From NCBI GenBank assembly GCA_030704615.1, contig CM060734.1:21824001-21888000 (forward strand): DNA of 64,000 nt, read 5' to 3'. Position 1 is the first letter of the stretch, and the number at the start of each line of letters is the position of its first letter. Both the position numbers and the translations under genes were made by a program. The notes below the pieces were generated by a model. That model worked only from the letters and a program-made list of their open reading frames with translations. It had not been told where the DNA came from and ran no database searches. Origin of the DNA: Takakia lepidozioides. Its lineage: Eukaryota; Plantae; Bryophyta. Positions 49,333-63,300 of the stretch are shown here, piece by piece.

Positions 49333-52300
49333 TGTTAGAGGGCTGTTTGGGACTTAGACGCTTTTACGGGTTCTGTGGGGTACCCTTAATTTTTGCGCAG
49401 ACTGAGACCAACAGGAGCCTTAGGGGTGGCAAGAGCAGGCTTTAGGGGGGTTACACAGCCCGACACAACTTCACACAGCCCGACACAGCCCGACACATCT
49501 TCACACAGCCAATCACAGCCCGACACAGCTTCGCACAGTCAGTCACAGCCCGACACAGCTTTACACAGCCAGTCACAGCTGGGCACAGCTTGACACAGCC
49601 TGTCATAGTACATGGGGAACAGTTATCATTGACAGGGAACGACTGTGTGGGAACGATATCTGCAGAAGGAACGTGTTACTTCAGGGGTGACGGTTAGTTA
49701 GTTAGGTGGTTAGAACAGCTTGCGGGTAGCTTAGGCAGAGCGGCAACGGGAAGGGGATCACTTCTGGAGGAGGGCGACTTGTTCAGGAGAGGAAGAGACG
49801 TAACGGAGAGCGGAAACAGTGAAGAGGAGATGATGACTTGAATGAGGCTTAGTTCATGCAAGGTGTAAAATTATACAGTAGGGTAGAATAGAGACACCAT
49901 GGCATAGGCATGATACATGATTAATCTTAATCCGATACTGAATCGATACAAACATACTGTGTAGAGAGACACGAGAGAAGCTGTGGAATGAATGCATGAT
50001 TAATTGGAACTTAGTAGATACTGAAGCAATCTGATGCTTCAGTATACACGGTAATGTGATAACATGAAGACAAGAAGGACTACAAATAGGAAGCAAAACC
50101 ATGATTCACTAGCTGCAGGTCATGACTGATTGTTCTGAGCGGGCTGAGTGCTTAGAGATATCCAACTCTTCTATCTTGGAGTTTCCACCTCGGATAGCGA
50201 AGGGATGGGTGAGTAAAAGCCGCTCGACATTTGGCGACCATACTGGGGATCTGGGTCATGAACAACCAGATGTGACAGGCATCTGGTGGGATCATGGTGG
50301 TTGGAGAATTAAAGAATTTTATGTGAATCAAATTCCCTGTGGAACTAAGAAGGAAAGATTGTCTAAACAATTCTTTCAGAGGTTCTTAGAATTGCCAGAC
50401 GGTTGTAAAGAAAACATTCTTAAGAGAGTGCATGATGCTGACCCTGAGTGGGGTCTGGAGAAAGGAGTGATAAAGATTTATCAGGTGGCCTGTAGAGGAA
50501 GAGCACATTGGTTACCAACACTGGTTTATGTGATAGCATTGCTATCCATTAAGCGAGTAGAGTTTGAAGGCTTGGAGGAAAGGAAGGTGAATGTTTATAC
50601 TCATATGCATGAGGAGCTTGTACTGGTAAAGAATTGGATTCCAAAGGATATTCTGTGGATCAAACTCACACCAAGAACAACTTTTCAGACTTGTTTGCCA
50701 TATGGTTATATGGTAACAGAGACTTCTAGTATAGCCAAGGGTGCATTGAAGCTTGAAAGAAACCCAGGCATATATGAGAGATACTACAGAAGAGAGTTTT
50801 GGTTATTGCCACATTAAAAAAATGAAAGACATGGGACATGAGTGATGAAAGAGAAGCTAGACTCCAGAGATATTCAGCAAAAAGAGAAAGTTATCTGAAA
50901 GCTAATTATCCATATCTTTGGGAGAGAGGAATAGACACAGGGGAATCATCTGGACCTTAAGATCAGAGAGTACATCACCCATACCGGAAGAACTAGAGTT
51001 GGATGCCACTCCTTCTTTTTCTTTGCAAGAAATATTAAGGGAATTGGTACAGGAAGAAGATCAACCACGAGGTGAAAGATCTGAGGTACATCCCTGGATA
51101 AAAGATTTGACAGAAATATTTGATAAGAGTTTGCATGGAACACCAAAAGCAGGAACTCCAGTTTCTGAAATGGAAGACGAAGAAGGAGGAGAGGATGTGG
51201 CCGAGCCAATAGAGAGTTCAGACTCTCCAACACCACTGCAATTGAGTTACATGAGTGAAGAAGAAGAAACCCAAGGGCAGAACTTGGAAGATGAAAATAG
51301 AGAGAAGAAATTGGAAGAGGAAGAGTATGAAGAAGTAGACCCAACAGCTGAGATTGAGACTACAACCAGGACATCCCAACCCGTTGGACCTGGATCAAAT
51401 GGAGCACTTGGATCACAGGCCAACGAAGGTGTCGGCTCAGGGGGATCAGGCGGGCAGCCTGGATCTGGCTCTGGGGGGACACGGAGTGTGGGAAGTAGTG
51501 CAACTAGAGCTAGGAATACTGTGAATATAGTGGGGCCAGTAGCAGGGAGTGCTCAGGGGCCAGCACTTGGTGGAAGTTCCACCACAACTACAACACGTCC
51601 TCAAGGACCAGCACCAGCAAGGGGGCCAACACCTGTCAGTGGGCAGGGGGTAGGGCCACAGATGGCGTTACAACCAACACGGGTAAAACCACATTTTCCA
51701 ATATATTCAGGAAAAGGGGATCCTGATGTACACATTAGCCAATTTGAGCACATGTGTATTCTGAACAATAAGAATGGCGATGATGCCAAGATGAGACTGT
51801 TTCCTTGTTCACTTATAAAGAAAGCAAGTGAATGGTATGCAAAATTCCTTGATAATCATTTCCTAACTTGGAATGGCTTGAATACAACATTCCAAAATAG
51901 GTTCAGGACAAGTAAAACTGAGGATGAAGTGTATGAAAGTTTACAACAGTTAAAGCAAAAGAAGCATGAAACTGTTGAGGAGTATATGAATTGACGATGA
52001 AAAAGTTGGCTGCTGTACCAACACTAGGTTTACAGAAGACTTGGTTTGTGAGTGGACTAAGACCAGAGTTGCAAAAGAAAGTGGATATGTTACCCCATAA
52101 TACAGTGGAGGAGGCATTTGAAACAGCGAACAGAATTGAGAAATTAAGAATGCTCAGGAGAGAGAAAAGGGATGATGAGGACTCTGAGGATGAGTCAGAT
52201 GAGGAAGAAGAGCAAGAGCTTAAGAGGAAGAGTAAAAAGAAGGAAAAGTTGAAGAGGGATAACTATGAGAAAATATTAGAAGAAATCTTGAAGAAGTATG

Positions 52301-55300
52301 CCACAGAGGCTGCAACACATTGGAGGAAGGGTGTTTGGTGTGCAAAATGCCAGAATGAAGGCCATACCACCACTGAATGCCACATGAAGGAGAAACACTG
52401 TACTATCTGTAAAATGGATAACCATTCTACAGAGAATTGTTACTACAACAGAAGGACAGCAGCAAGAGAACCTAGGCAAGTAAGGGTGCATCAAGTGCAG
52501 CCCCAGCCAAGAAGAAACAGTGATCAGGACCACTATGGTAGGCTTGGTGGTTATAACAATGGCATAGAAGGGAGAGGTAATCCAAGAGGGAATTACCAAG
52601 GAAATTCCAGAGGCAACTATCAGGGTAATCCAAGGGGAATTACCAGCCAGGGAATCAGGATTACAGAAACAATCCCAGAACAGACCAAGGGCGAGGACCT
52701 AATGGGGAAGAACTGTGTTACTATTGTAATCAGGCAGGACATCGCAAGGCAACCTGTCCATTCTGGATCAGACACCAGAATGAGATGAGAGCTCCTGTGA
52801 ATGAGGGGCCAGTGGTGGCAGCTCACATGGTTAGGCCATATGTTGTACCAGAAGTAAGTACAATGATAGTAACTAGAAGCAAAGCCAAAATAATACCTCT
52901 AGTAGATGAGGAAGGTGATGATAATGAAGATGGCAGTGATGTGCCTGAAGATGATAAGGCTTGGAGAGATGAGAAGGAACTGCACAAGGAAGTGGCAGAT
53001 ACCATAAGGGAAATGCAGAAGAGTACTGATATTCCTATGGCAGATTCTTCTGATTCTGAAAGAGAAGAGGAAGTGAGTGAGGATGAAGGGGAAGAAAGAA
53101 GCTGCAAATGCAGAGTAGACTTTGGCTGAAGTAATATGCCAGTCCAAAGCGGAGATTACCATTGGACAGCTATTGGCTGTGGCACCTTATTGTAGACATA
53201 GGCTGTATCAAGCAATCAGTCAAATTGCCCATGTGACAGGGAACACAGACCTGAACAGCAAGGTGACCAGTTTATTGTGAAGCCGGAAGGGCGAGAAACA
53301 GTCATGGACTTTGATGATTCTATGCCAGTAATCCAATTGAGAATTGGAAGCAAAAACTAACTGATGTACTGATAGATGGAGGCTCTGGAGTGAATATCAT
53401 GACAGACCAATTAAGGCAGAAGCTTGGTCTAAGTAACATGAAACCACAGTAACAATGGCAGATCAAAGAAGTGTACAGCCATTGGGATTGATAAGAGGAG
53501 TTAAGATACAGATTCAAAAGATGATCTTTATGATCACAGTAACTGTGTTGAAAATGGATGAAGTCATGGAAGCTTACTCCTTATTGCTGGGTCGACCGTG
53601 GCTGAAACATGCCAGGGTATTCCATGATTGGAATTCCCAGTTAACTCTGCATGATGGGATGCACAAGATACAAATCACCACTAAAAAATCTAGTAGACTA
53701 CCTGCTACGAGAAGACCTCGAGGGGTCAGGGAGTATGACTGGAGGGGAGGACTTGATGAGGAGCAGGAAGCTACCCTGTTCGCTGCACACTAAGAGTGGG
53801 ATCAGGTTGCAGAGATGCAACTGGAAGGCCTAAGTTGTTTAAAAGGTATCTGCTGTGGTGTAGTGACAACAACACCAATTGAGGGTGAAACAAGCAGTTA
53901 CCCACCACATTTTATGAAGAAAGAGAGGGAGAAATGGAAATCCTAGAAGAACCAGCCACTGTGAGTTTTACAGGATGAAGTGGTGACTGGTTGGACAATC
54001 ACAACTGATGAGCATGTGAGAGAAGTGAATGTGGGAACTGAAGGGGAACCGAGGATGGTGAAGGTAGGGGCTGATTTGGAGCTAGAATTCTTTGAGGAAG
54101 CTAAGAGTCCGTTCATCAATACAGAGATGTATTTGCTTGGAGCTACGAGGATCTGAAAGGGATACCACCTGAGATCTGTCAGCATAAGATTGAACTGGAA
54201 CCAGGGTCAATACCAATCAAACAGGCAAGGTACAGAATGAATCCCAACTATGCACAGAAGGTTGGAGAAGAGATCAAGAAGTTGGCCGAGGCTAAGTTTA
54301 TATACCCGATAGAGTATACAACTTGGTTGTCACCCATTGTGATAGTTCCCAAGAAGAATGGTAAACTGAGAGTTTGCGTGAACTATAAGAAGTTGAATGC
54401 TTGTACGAAGAAAGATCCTTTCCCTTTGTCATTCACAGAAGCGGTATTGGACACTGTGGCAGGCCATGAGATGTACTCATTCATGGATGGCTTCAGTGGT
54501 TATAATCAAGTGCAAGTGGCAGAAGAAGACCAGGGAAAGACAACTTTCATCACAAACTGGGGTGCTTATGCATACAAAGTCATGCCTTTTGGACTTTGTA
54601 ATGCACCAGCAACCTTTCAGAGAGTGATAAGTGAATCTTTTCATGAGTATCTGGATGATTTCATGCATGTGTTCTTGGATGATTTCAGTGTGTACCGCTC
54701 TAAGAATGAGCACTTGCATAAATTGGAGCTATATTTGGCCAGATGCAGGATGAGAGGTCTGGGCCTGAATCCAGAGAAGTGTACTTTCTGTGTGAACTCA
54801 GGGGTGCTTTTGGGACACATTGTGTGTAAGAGGGGACTTCTTGTGGATCCCAGAAAGACAGAGGCCATTAAAGCCTCTCCACCACCAGTAAATGTTAAGA
54901 GTCTAAGGAGATTCCTTGGACAAACCAGTTATTACAGAAGATTTGTCAGACGGTATGCACAGATAGCAGCACCATTGAGCAAGCTTCTGAAGAAAGATGC
55001 AGTGTTTGCATGGACAGCTGAATATCAACAGACTTTTGAGGAACCTACATTGTCAGTAACAACTACACCTGTGTTGATTAACCCTCACTGGCATGTAGTA
55101 TGTCATGTTCATTGTGATGCCTCAGGAGAAGCGTTGGGAGCAGTGTTAGCCCAAAATGTTACAGGAAATATAGATTCACCTGTGTACTATGCTAGCAGGT
55201 TGATGAACAGTGCTGAAAGGAACTATAGCACAACTGAAAGAGAAGCACTGGCAATGATTTATGCAGTCAAGAAATTCAGGCATTATCTATTTGGAATGAA

Positions 55301-56000
55301 GTTTATGTTTTATGTGGATCACCAGGCTCTGATATATCTGGTGAACAAACCTTTGATAAGTGGAAGGATAGCAAGGTGGTTAATAATCTTGCACGAGTTT
55401 GAGTTCGAAGTTGTTTACAAGCCTGGCCGTTTACATCTTGTGGCAGATCACTTGTCACGCCCTTCAACAGGAGAGCCCGCCACAGGAGTAGACGACCAAT
55501 TACCTGATGCGAGTTTATTTGCGGTGGAGGTGCAGGGAAGTGTAGATGACTGGTTAGATTGGCAGTGGCCAATTGGATACTACCTTACTCATGGTCAGTG
55601 CCCACCTAGTTATGAAAAGGAGTAGAGGAAGAGAATCGCTATCAAGGCTTTACCTTATACTATGGTAGGGGGCAGAATGTATAAGCTAGGACCTGATGGA
55701 GTACTTAAACGATGCTTGTATCACCATGAAGTAAATAAAGTTTTGGATGAAGTTCATAAATGAGTGGCTGGAGGTCATTTTGGAGAAGAGACTACCAATA
55801 GAAAGATACTACTTGCAGGTTACTGGTGGCCTACTTTGTTCAAGGATGTACACAAGTATTGTAAGAGTTGTGATGAGTGTTAGAGGCTAGGACCATTGCA
55901 GAGATCTGGGAAGATGGCTTTGCATCCTACGATGCCTACTGAACCATTTCAGAAATGGGGACTAGACTTTGTTGGACCAATACACAATGCTTCTCGCAAT
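49333..56000 (+). mobile_element. Ty3/Gypsy non-chromovirus-type element, 3' truncated: LTR 49333-50229, PBS, extra ORF, gag, protease, RT, RNase H, start of integrase
   Basis: PBS TGGCGACCATACTGGGG at 50232-48; CX2CX4HX4C knuckles; VLIDGGSGVNIM; MDGFSGYNQ, MPFGLCNAPATFQ, FLDDF; CDASG; QKWGLDFVGP. Confidence 0.92.
49454..49605. repeat. 10-bp minisatellite (ACACAGCCCG variants) inside the LTR
   Basis: About 14 units. Confidence 0.85.
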
Positions 56001-56564
56001 GAAAGGTTGGTGGTAGTGTAAGAAGGCTCGATTTGCACTTGGTAGTCGTTGTGGAACACCGCTGCCAGAGGCATCCATTGGCCATGCTTTGTCTGCACAG
56101 CCCCCCTCCAACAGTCCCCATACCACCATTCACTTCATTATCCACCATATTACCTTTAGCTCTAAAATGTAGGTTCAACATAATCTCAAAAAAAATTCTC
56201 ATAAAATATTACGTTAACAAATGAACCAGCAGCCGTTAGAGTCATGTGTTGGAAAGATGCCAAACCCTAGACTTTTAGTGGTAGACTCACTTTATGAAAA
56301 ACAAAACTCAGAATCATGGTCCACTTGCAGTACTGCACAAGATGACTTTATGATGATGCCATGCCAGGTTTATTCTTCAATTTTTTTACAAATGTCTAGT
56401 AGTCTTACAGCAATTATAAAATACTGCTTTCTCAAATCATCCTTGGAGAAGGAAAATTAATCAAATATGGAGATGGACAAAAGACATGTCAATACCAAGG
56501 AAAGCAAGGGATGTGACAATTGAATGATGGCTTACCTGATCAACAAGAGCAGTGCATGTTAAGT

Positions 56565-56709
56565 AAGAGAAAAAGAAAATGGTGAAGTTGATCGGTACCG
56601 CGCTCGATTGGTGGCAAAAGGGTTCTCCCAGACACAAGGTATTGATTTTGACGAGACATTTGCTCCAGTGGCAAAGTTTGCATCAATTCGCACAATGCTA
56701 GCCATGGCC
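56565..56709 (+). mobile_element. Ty1/Copia RT fragment
   Basis: [44 protein letters not shown]. Confidence 0.9.
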
Positions 56710-58097
56710 TCCTTCTGTTCCAACTCCTCGAGGTGAACCCCCCGAACTTCATATACTATGTACATCTTTTTCCGCCATAGTTGATTTTGTTCTCTTGGCC
56801 TCAACAGTAACGTTCTCTTTTCAAACCTCCTTGTTGCTTCGGAAAGAGACAACTCGTCAAGCAGCATGTTAGTGCCCCTATTTTTTCCGGAGCTTGTCTT
56901 ACGTCCCCCTCTGCATCCACCAAACTCTTTTGAAGTGAGGCCCTCTTCGTCTTTCTGAGCAACAACAGTATTTTCATGAAACCTTTTTGTTTCCAAGTTA
57001 TGTGCATATGCAAAATATGATGTTCTGCGTCGAAGCGGGGTTAACAACACTTCTTTCTGTATTTCTGGCAGAGTACTCCTTCTCCTCAATTTCTTCCTCA
57101 TCAATTTCTTCCTCATTTTTAAGCACTAAAATGCTCGAATACCTTGACCCAAGAGCCAATATAATGTCCTCCATGCTGCTCTTCACCTCCTTCAGGTCTA
57201 CACTGCTCTTACAGTAGTTGGATAATCACCAAGTGCCGAGGCAAAAGTACTAGAGCCCGAAATTCGTCTCCAAATTAATATGAAACTGAAGCGCAAAGAT
57301 ACCGGAAAAATACCAATGAGTCCATGAAAAATATTAGACTACCTTTCTATTGGACGGTGTGGCGAGCGAGGAGAATCAGGCTACATAGAAAACTGACCTA
57401 AAGGATTTTCTGCACCTAATTCTACACAGGCACACATAATTGATTGAGAGAAAGGCAAATACGCATTATCCTTGCACAGACTTTATATTCGGATAGCAAA
57501 GTAATAGCTTTTCTAGGTTACAGATTGTTATAGATTACAGATTGTTGCATGTATAGGATAAGCTTTTTGATCCTCTTCATAACAGGTCGCACCAATGTTG
57601 GCTTATGGCTCGCTTGGGTGAAAATGCCCTTCCATTTGTCTTTTGTCGTTGTAGCTCTAATTTACCCTCACACATACACTCCGCACATGATGTGGTTACA
57701 AGATTTCTGTTTCACCTGCCTGATTCTCTTCGCACCTGCTGGTATGATCGCTGTTTTTTCAGATGCGTAAGGAAATGCCCTAATCTGCAAAGATGCTAAA
57801 AGATACCCCATGGTTACTTTCTGGCAGTGAAAAATCCCTAAGAAGTGCATTTCAGACGAGGCAGGAAGGGGAGAACGGGGGTGATTGGCTGGCAGTTCAA
57901 TGCACTTGAGGACGAGCACGCAGTGCCTATTGTTGGTTGATTGTTGCAAGGCCTCACGTTGATGGATGACAATCATCCAACAAAAACATTGGTCCCTTGA
58001 AAAGCTGGTCCCGCAACAAGCGGGAGAAACCAGTTGCGTAGTTTCTGCCTAAGGAAGGGCCAATAAATGTTTGTCTTTTCATAAAACTTTGAATATA

Positions 58098-58433
58098 CCC
58101 CATCCAACGAACTTACCTAGCTTATTAGGCACTTCCGGGCCTAATAATTAATTAAAAAATGGAATATTATTAGGCAGATTCGTTTTTATTATTTAGGCAC
58201 CTCACCTAGGTAATTTCCAAACATTAGGCATGTATTACAGTCGACCCTATTGTTCAGATATTTTTCTTTTAAAAAAAATGTAGTAGTTTTGAAAATAGAA
58301 TTCGAGCAATTAGGCACTTCTCAGGAATTGTTTCCAAGTTTTAGGCACATTTTCCAAAAATGTTCTAAATTTAATTAGGTACTTGATTTTGAATTAATTA
58401 TTGCCTAATAAGCTAGGTAAGTAAGGTATGGGG
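58098..58433. mobile_element. MITE-like element
   Basis: Perfect 21-bp inverted repeat ACTTACCTAGCTTATTAGGCA (58111-31; 58402-22), outer CCCCAT/ATGGGG, internal TTAGGCAC repeats. Confidence 0.7.
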
Positions 58434-59984
58434 ACATTGTTCTCACGAGTCGTCGCTAGTAGTGCGGAGCAACGCGAAACCCTATTATATTACCAGGAAC
58501 AATGCAGCTGTTGCGAGAATAACTGTGTAGTCTAGTGCTAAGAGTAACCAGGAGGTTGTGGGTTCCATCTCTTGTTGATACATGGATGGGGGTGGTTGGT
58601 TTGGGCAATGGAGGTAGTCTAGCTTATTTCTGCAACTACGTTCATGGAGGAAATCATGCAACTACCTGCATGGAGGTAGTTACTCGTGCACATATTAGAC
58701 AAATGGAAGAAAAAGCATAGTGTTAAAGCCTGAATTACCCAAAAATGTGACCAGAAGAGAGTTTGAGGCTCAAGTATGCATGACATGGAAAATATGCGGA
58801 CCCCCTTGCACTTTCAGTATCTCTCTCTCTTCTTCTCAGCTCATACACACACACAAACAAACCCAGTAAATCTTACACCAGGAATACGATAAAAAATATT
58901 TTCAAAAGCATGCATTCTGACAAACCCAGACGATGAAACCACTGAAACTTCTTTCACATCAAAACCCCCACACCCACACACTTAACTTTGCTTGCTCTGC
59001 CACGAATCAACGCAAATTTTCTCATACGGTAAGAGAATTGTAATAGAAGCCTTTCAGAAGAATTGTGCGGTGTAGATTGTTGACCGAGTATAGTGAGCCC
59101 AGGAAAAAATCTATCTAAGAAAAAGTATAAGAAAGAAAGACTGATGATGGCTTGTTGAGGTAGATGTGAACTTCGTAACGCAATAATGGAAGCAGATGGC
59201 TCTGATGAACCATGAATGTGGGCTATCACAACAGTTTGTGCCAGACTCACTATTTGAGAATTTGAAGTATGCCAATGTCGAATCATTCTTGCCATTGAGC
59301 AATGTACAAGATTGTTTTTTGTTTCTTATCATGACAAATTCACCATGGGATTGGGCATTTATGTTGCAGGAAAACTCAATGATGCATGTTCCTCCAGTCT
59401 ATCTGTTCTTGTTTGCTGAGTTCAGAGAGGCATTGTACCAAGAGCCAAAGCTGTGGCATACTTTGGGCTCATCAACTAACCAAGATTGATGGTACAAGCC
59501 CTTCCTTCAAAGGTGAAATGACACCATGATTTATGCTTGTATCAGTAGGAGTCAACCTTTACTTCTTTGATATAATCACCTCAGCTGTTGCTTCAGAATT
59601 CTTGATGGTAAACCTCACATTTTGGTGGTGAATCCGAAGTACACAACATTTTCTGCTGTTTTGTACATGAATTTCCAGAGCTATGGTACAAACCTGTCCT
59701 CACAACACTCCAGTAACTACTTGGCATTAACATGTAAGGCATGTCATATGACACAGTAAGTAGATGTTATAGCCATAACTCTATGAAGCTGGCCATGGCT
59801 CCCTCTCCGAAAGGGTTGTGTATACACTTAAGTCAATTAGACTACAGATTAGCTGGTCCTTTCCAATATTACAGCAATTAATAGGGAACTCTATATCAAG
59901 GGGTGGAAAACAGTGAACACAGCAAGGGTATTATCATTAGGTGCAACCTCAGCAACTCATGCACTGGTTGTGCACCGAGGAGGT

Positions 59985-60274
59985 TTAACCTCTGGTCCTC
60001 ATAATGGTGATGGTGCCATTGCCTTCAGTATAGATCTTGGTACAAGCGACAACAGACTTTCCAGAGAGGCCTGCCCCTGACTGCAATGCAGTTCTCTCAT
60101 CATCAATAGCAACTTGCTGATGTACAGGCCTTGATGGAGGACTAAGTATGCGTTGATTGATGTCGTTCAGCGTCACATCCCCTTGGGCTCCACTAGGTTT
60201 CAGAAGTGCAAAAGGATATGCCACCGGTGTTGATGCTTTCACTTTGAACCTACTCATGGCACTTGATTTCCGAC
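59985..60274 (-). CDS. XRI1: Terminal exon of an XRI1-like protein
   Basis: YPFALLKP..GDVTLNDINQRIL..P...GLSGKSVV..TKI.TEG.GTITIMRTRG*, the conserved XRI1 C-terminus; acceptor ggcag at 60275. Confidence 0.8.
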
Positions 60275-60319
60275 CTGCCAGCACCCATGAAAAGTGTTCA
60301 GAATGTACTCATAAGACGT

Positions 60320-63300
60320 TGTTTGCCGTAGCCTTGTGGCCATTGACCCCGCGCCCAGTTTGAGCGGAAACCAAAGGGACAGAACCTACCTCTGTCAGGG
60401 GCTGACGTTGGTAGTAAGACTTACCTTGATACATAGAATTGATCCGGGTTTTCCAGATATCCTCTAGAAATCTCTTCACACAAGCATCAATCTGCTGTGT
60501 GTGATTTGCCCAAAAACTAGGCCTCAGAAGGGCCTGGGATTTTGGCTTAACCTCGAGACTTTCAAAGTTGGTAAACAGAACAACCCTGATGAACTGGAGT
60601 ATATTTCAATGGCTTATAACGCTCCCATTAGTTCTTCTGAGATTGTGGAAGCAATTGAACATTTAAACGGATATAAAGCTGGTGGACCTGATGGCATAGT
60701 CAGCGAGCTTATCAAGCACGGTGGCGATCCCATGATAGAGGCCCTAGTTCTCCTCTTTAACCTTATCTGGACAACTGAATTGATCCCCTTTCGCTGGCGA
60801 CAGGGGGTCATTGTCAATCTCTACAAGAAGGGTGACAGAGAAGAACCAGGGAACTACTGTGGCATCACGCTCCTCAATGCTGTTGGCAAGACATTTTGCA
60901 GAGTTATAAGTACTCGTCTCGAGGTTGATCTGGAATCTAGAGGTTGTTTCCACGAAGGCCAAGCTGGCTTTCGGCGAAACAGGGGCTGTGTGGATCATAT
61001 CTTCACTCTAAGCCAGATTATCCAGGGAAGGAAAAAAGAAGGGAAACTCACTGTTTTTTCCTGGATGTCAAAAAGGCTTATGACACAGTGTGGAGAGATG
61101 GCCTATGGCTCCGCCTCTGGTCTTGTGGGATCAAGGGAAAGATGTGGAGAGTTGTCCACAACTTGTATGCTCACACCAAAAGCTGTGTCACTGTTAATGG
61201 ACAGGAGTCCAACTTCTTTGACATAGACCAAGGTGTAGCTCAAGGTTGTACTCTCTCCCCTCTGCTCTTCAATGTTTTCATCAATCAACTCCTCGAGGAT
61301 GTGGAAAGTGGTTAAGGGTGGGTGATACCACCATACCAGCCCTTATGTTCGCGGATGACTTCGCAGGCATAGGGGAGACTCCAACCAACCTCCAGGAGTT
61401 GATTGATTGCGCGAAGAGATACTTTGATCTTTGGGGGCTAGAGGCTAACGTCAGCAAATGTGCAGTGGTAGCATTCAACGATAGAGGAGAGGGAGGAAGT
61501 GATCTTAAGTGGCAGTGGGGTAGCCAAGAGATCCTGGTCCTCCCTTCCTACACTTACCTGGGAGTTGAGTTTTCCTCCAATTGTAATTGGGATGCACATA
61601 TCCGGAAAGTTGTTCAAACTGGCAAGGGCAAAGCTCTGGGGCTCACTAAATTTGCAGAGGGGTCAACTCTGAGGTTAAGAAAACCATGCTTTGTCACGTT
61701 ATTAGACCTGCCTTGGACTACGGATCTGCAATATGGGTTGATAACTCCAACCAGGCTAAGTCTCTAGAATCCATTCAAGTGGGGGTGCTTAAGGAGTGTA
61801 TGTCAGCATGCTCCAAAACAGCCAATGTGGCTGTTCGGGGTGAGTTTGGCATTCCGTCCTTAAGCTCCCGACGAGATGAATTCAAGGTCAGATGGTGGGG
61901 TCAGCTGCAACATATGTCCAACACCAGATTTCCTAAGTTAATCGACTCTATATCTTGGAAACAGGACCGCCCTGTCAAACAGGCTAAGTCCTGGCAGAAG
62001 AGAGTAGAAGAGATTCTCAAGGACCTGGATCTGGATCCGCAAGTCTTGACCCTGCTGGATAAATCTGACTTAGAGGCTGTAGTGTCCAAAGCCATGTCTG
62101 TTGCCATGAAATTCTCTGATGAAAATGAAGTTAGGCAGAAAACTTCCCTGAATTTGTTTCCAGTCTGTGACATGGGGGAGGACATCTTGGATGACCTCAA
62201 GGGTCTACCCACTCTCGGCACTAGACTGAAATTTAAACTCAGGGCAGGAAGCCTACCTTTGAACAGCAAACAGAAGCAGAGAGGAAAGGGAGAGTGCAAT
62301 TTCCCGTTGTGTGGGCAACCTGAAGACAGTATTCATTTTCTGATACACTGTCCGAGGTTCTCTCACCAAAGAGACGCTCTCTTCAAATCTATCAAGGGAA
62401 TTGTTTCCAACTGTGTCCTTCCATTCATCAGAGGACCCTTCACTGTTAGACCTAGAAGTTCTGCCAAGGATACTGTAGTGAGTTTCAAAGGTTTTGACAA
62501 TGTCAACCGATGAAGTCACCACTGCACCTTTAGTAGTCTTCAGCGCTTGTACTTGCTGACCGCTTTTCGGCTTGTACAGACGTTGAAGGGCCAACCCGAA
62601 TCTCTTGTCATTACCACCATGATGGTTTGAGTTTATTTCACTGTATAACTTGTCCCAGTATAATTTCTTCTGAGACCTTACAAGCCGATTGATATCTTTA
62701 CGGAGCTGGTAGTACCTCGCCCACAATTCTCTGTTGGTTATCAAATTGCAGCGCTCTTTGTAGAGGGCTCGTCTCTCAGCTATCTTGAGTTTAATCTCAT
62801 TGGTCCACCAATTAACAGCTCTACCGCAGACAATTAGTTTCCTCCCATTGATCTTGTCAGCCACAGAGGAGACGAAACTCTCCCAAGAGTCCACTGCTCT
62901 TTCGACTTCATTTCTTGCGTTGTCAGAGCGAGGCTGAAGTTCTTGGAGCGAGTGGACAAAATGAGGGAGAGCCTCTTGCAAGGCCTGGGCATACTCAGCC
63001 TTGACCTCTTCATTATGGAATTTTTCTATGCGCCACTTCCGAATCGAACGTTTCACAAATCTCTTGGTGTTGGGAAAACACCTTTTGATCTCAGTCCAAA
63101 CCAGGAAGTGGTCAGAGGTACCAATATCAGTTCTGTCGATCAACACATTGGCACACTGGGGAAACAAATTTTTGTCCATTATGATATAGTCCACAATGGA
63201 ACGTTCCCCAGTTTGGGTTTTCTCACGAGTCCACTGCACTTGGTCACCTCTTGTCCTGTTATTCAAGGTCAAAAGCTGAAGCTCTTCCAGACAGTTAATT

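Noticed and set aside
62253-62513. Overlapping convergent genes
   Set aside because: Artefact of ORFs reading through the LINE inversion junction.
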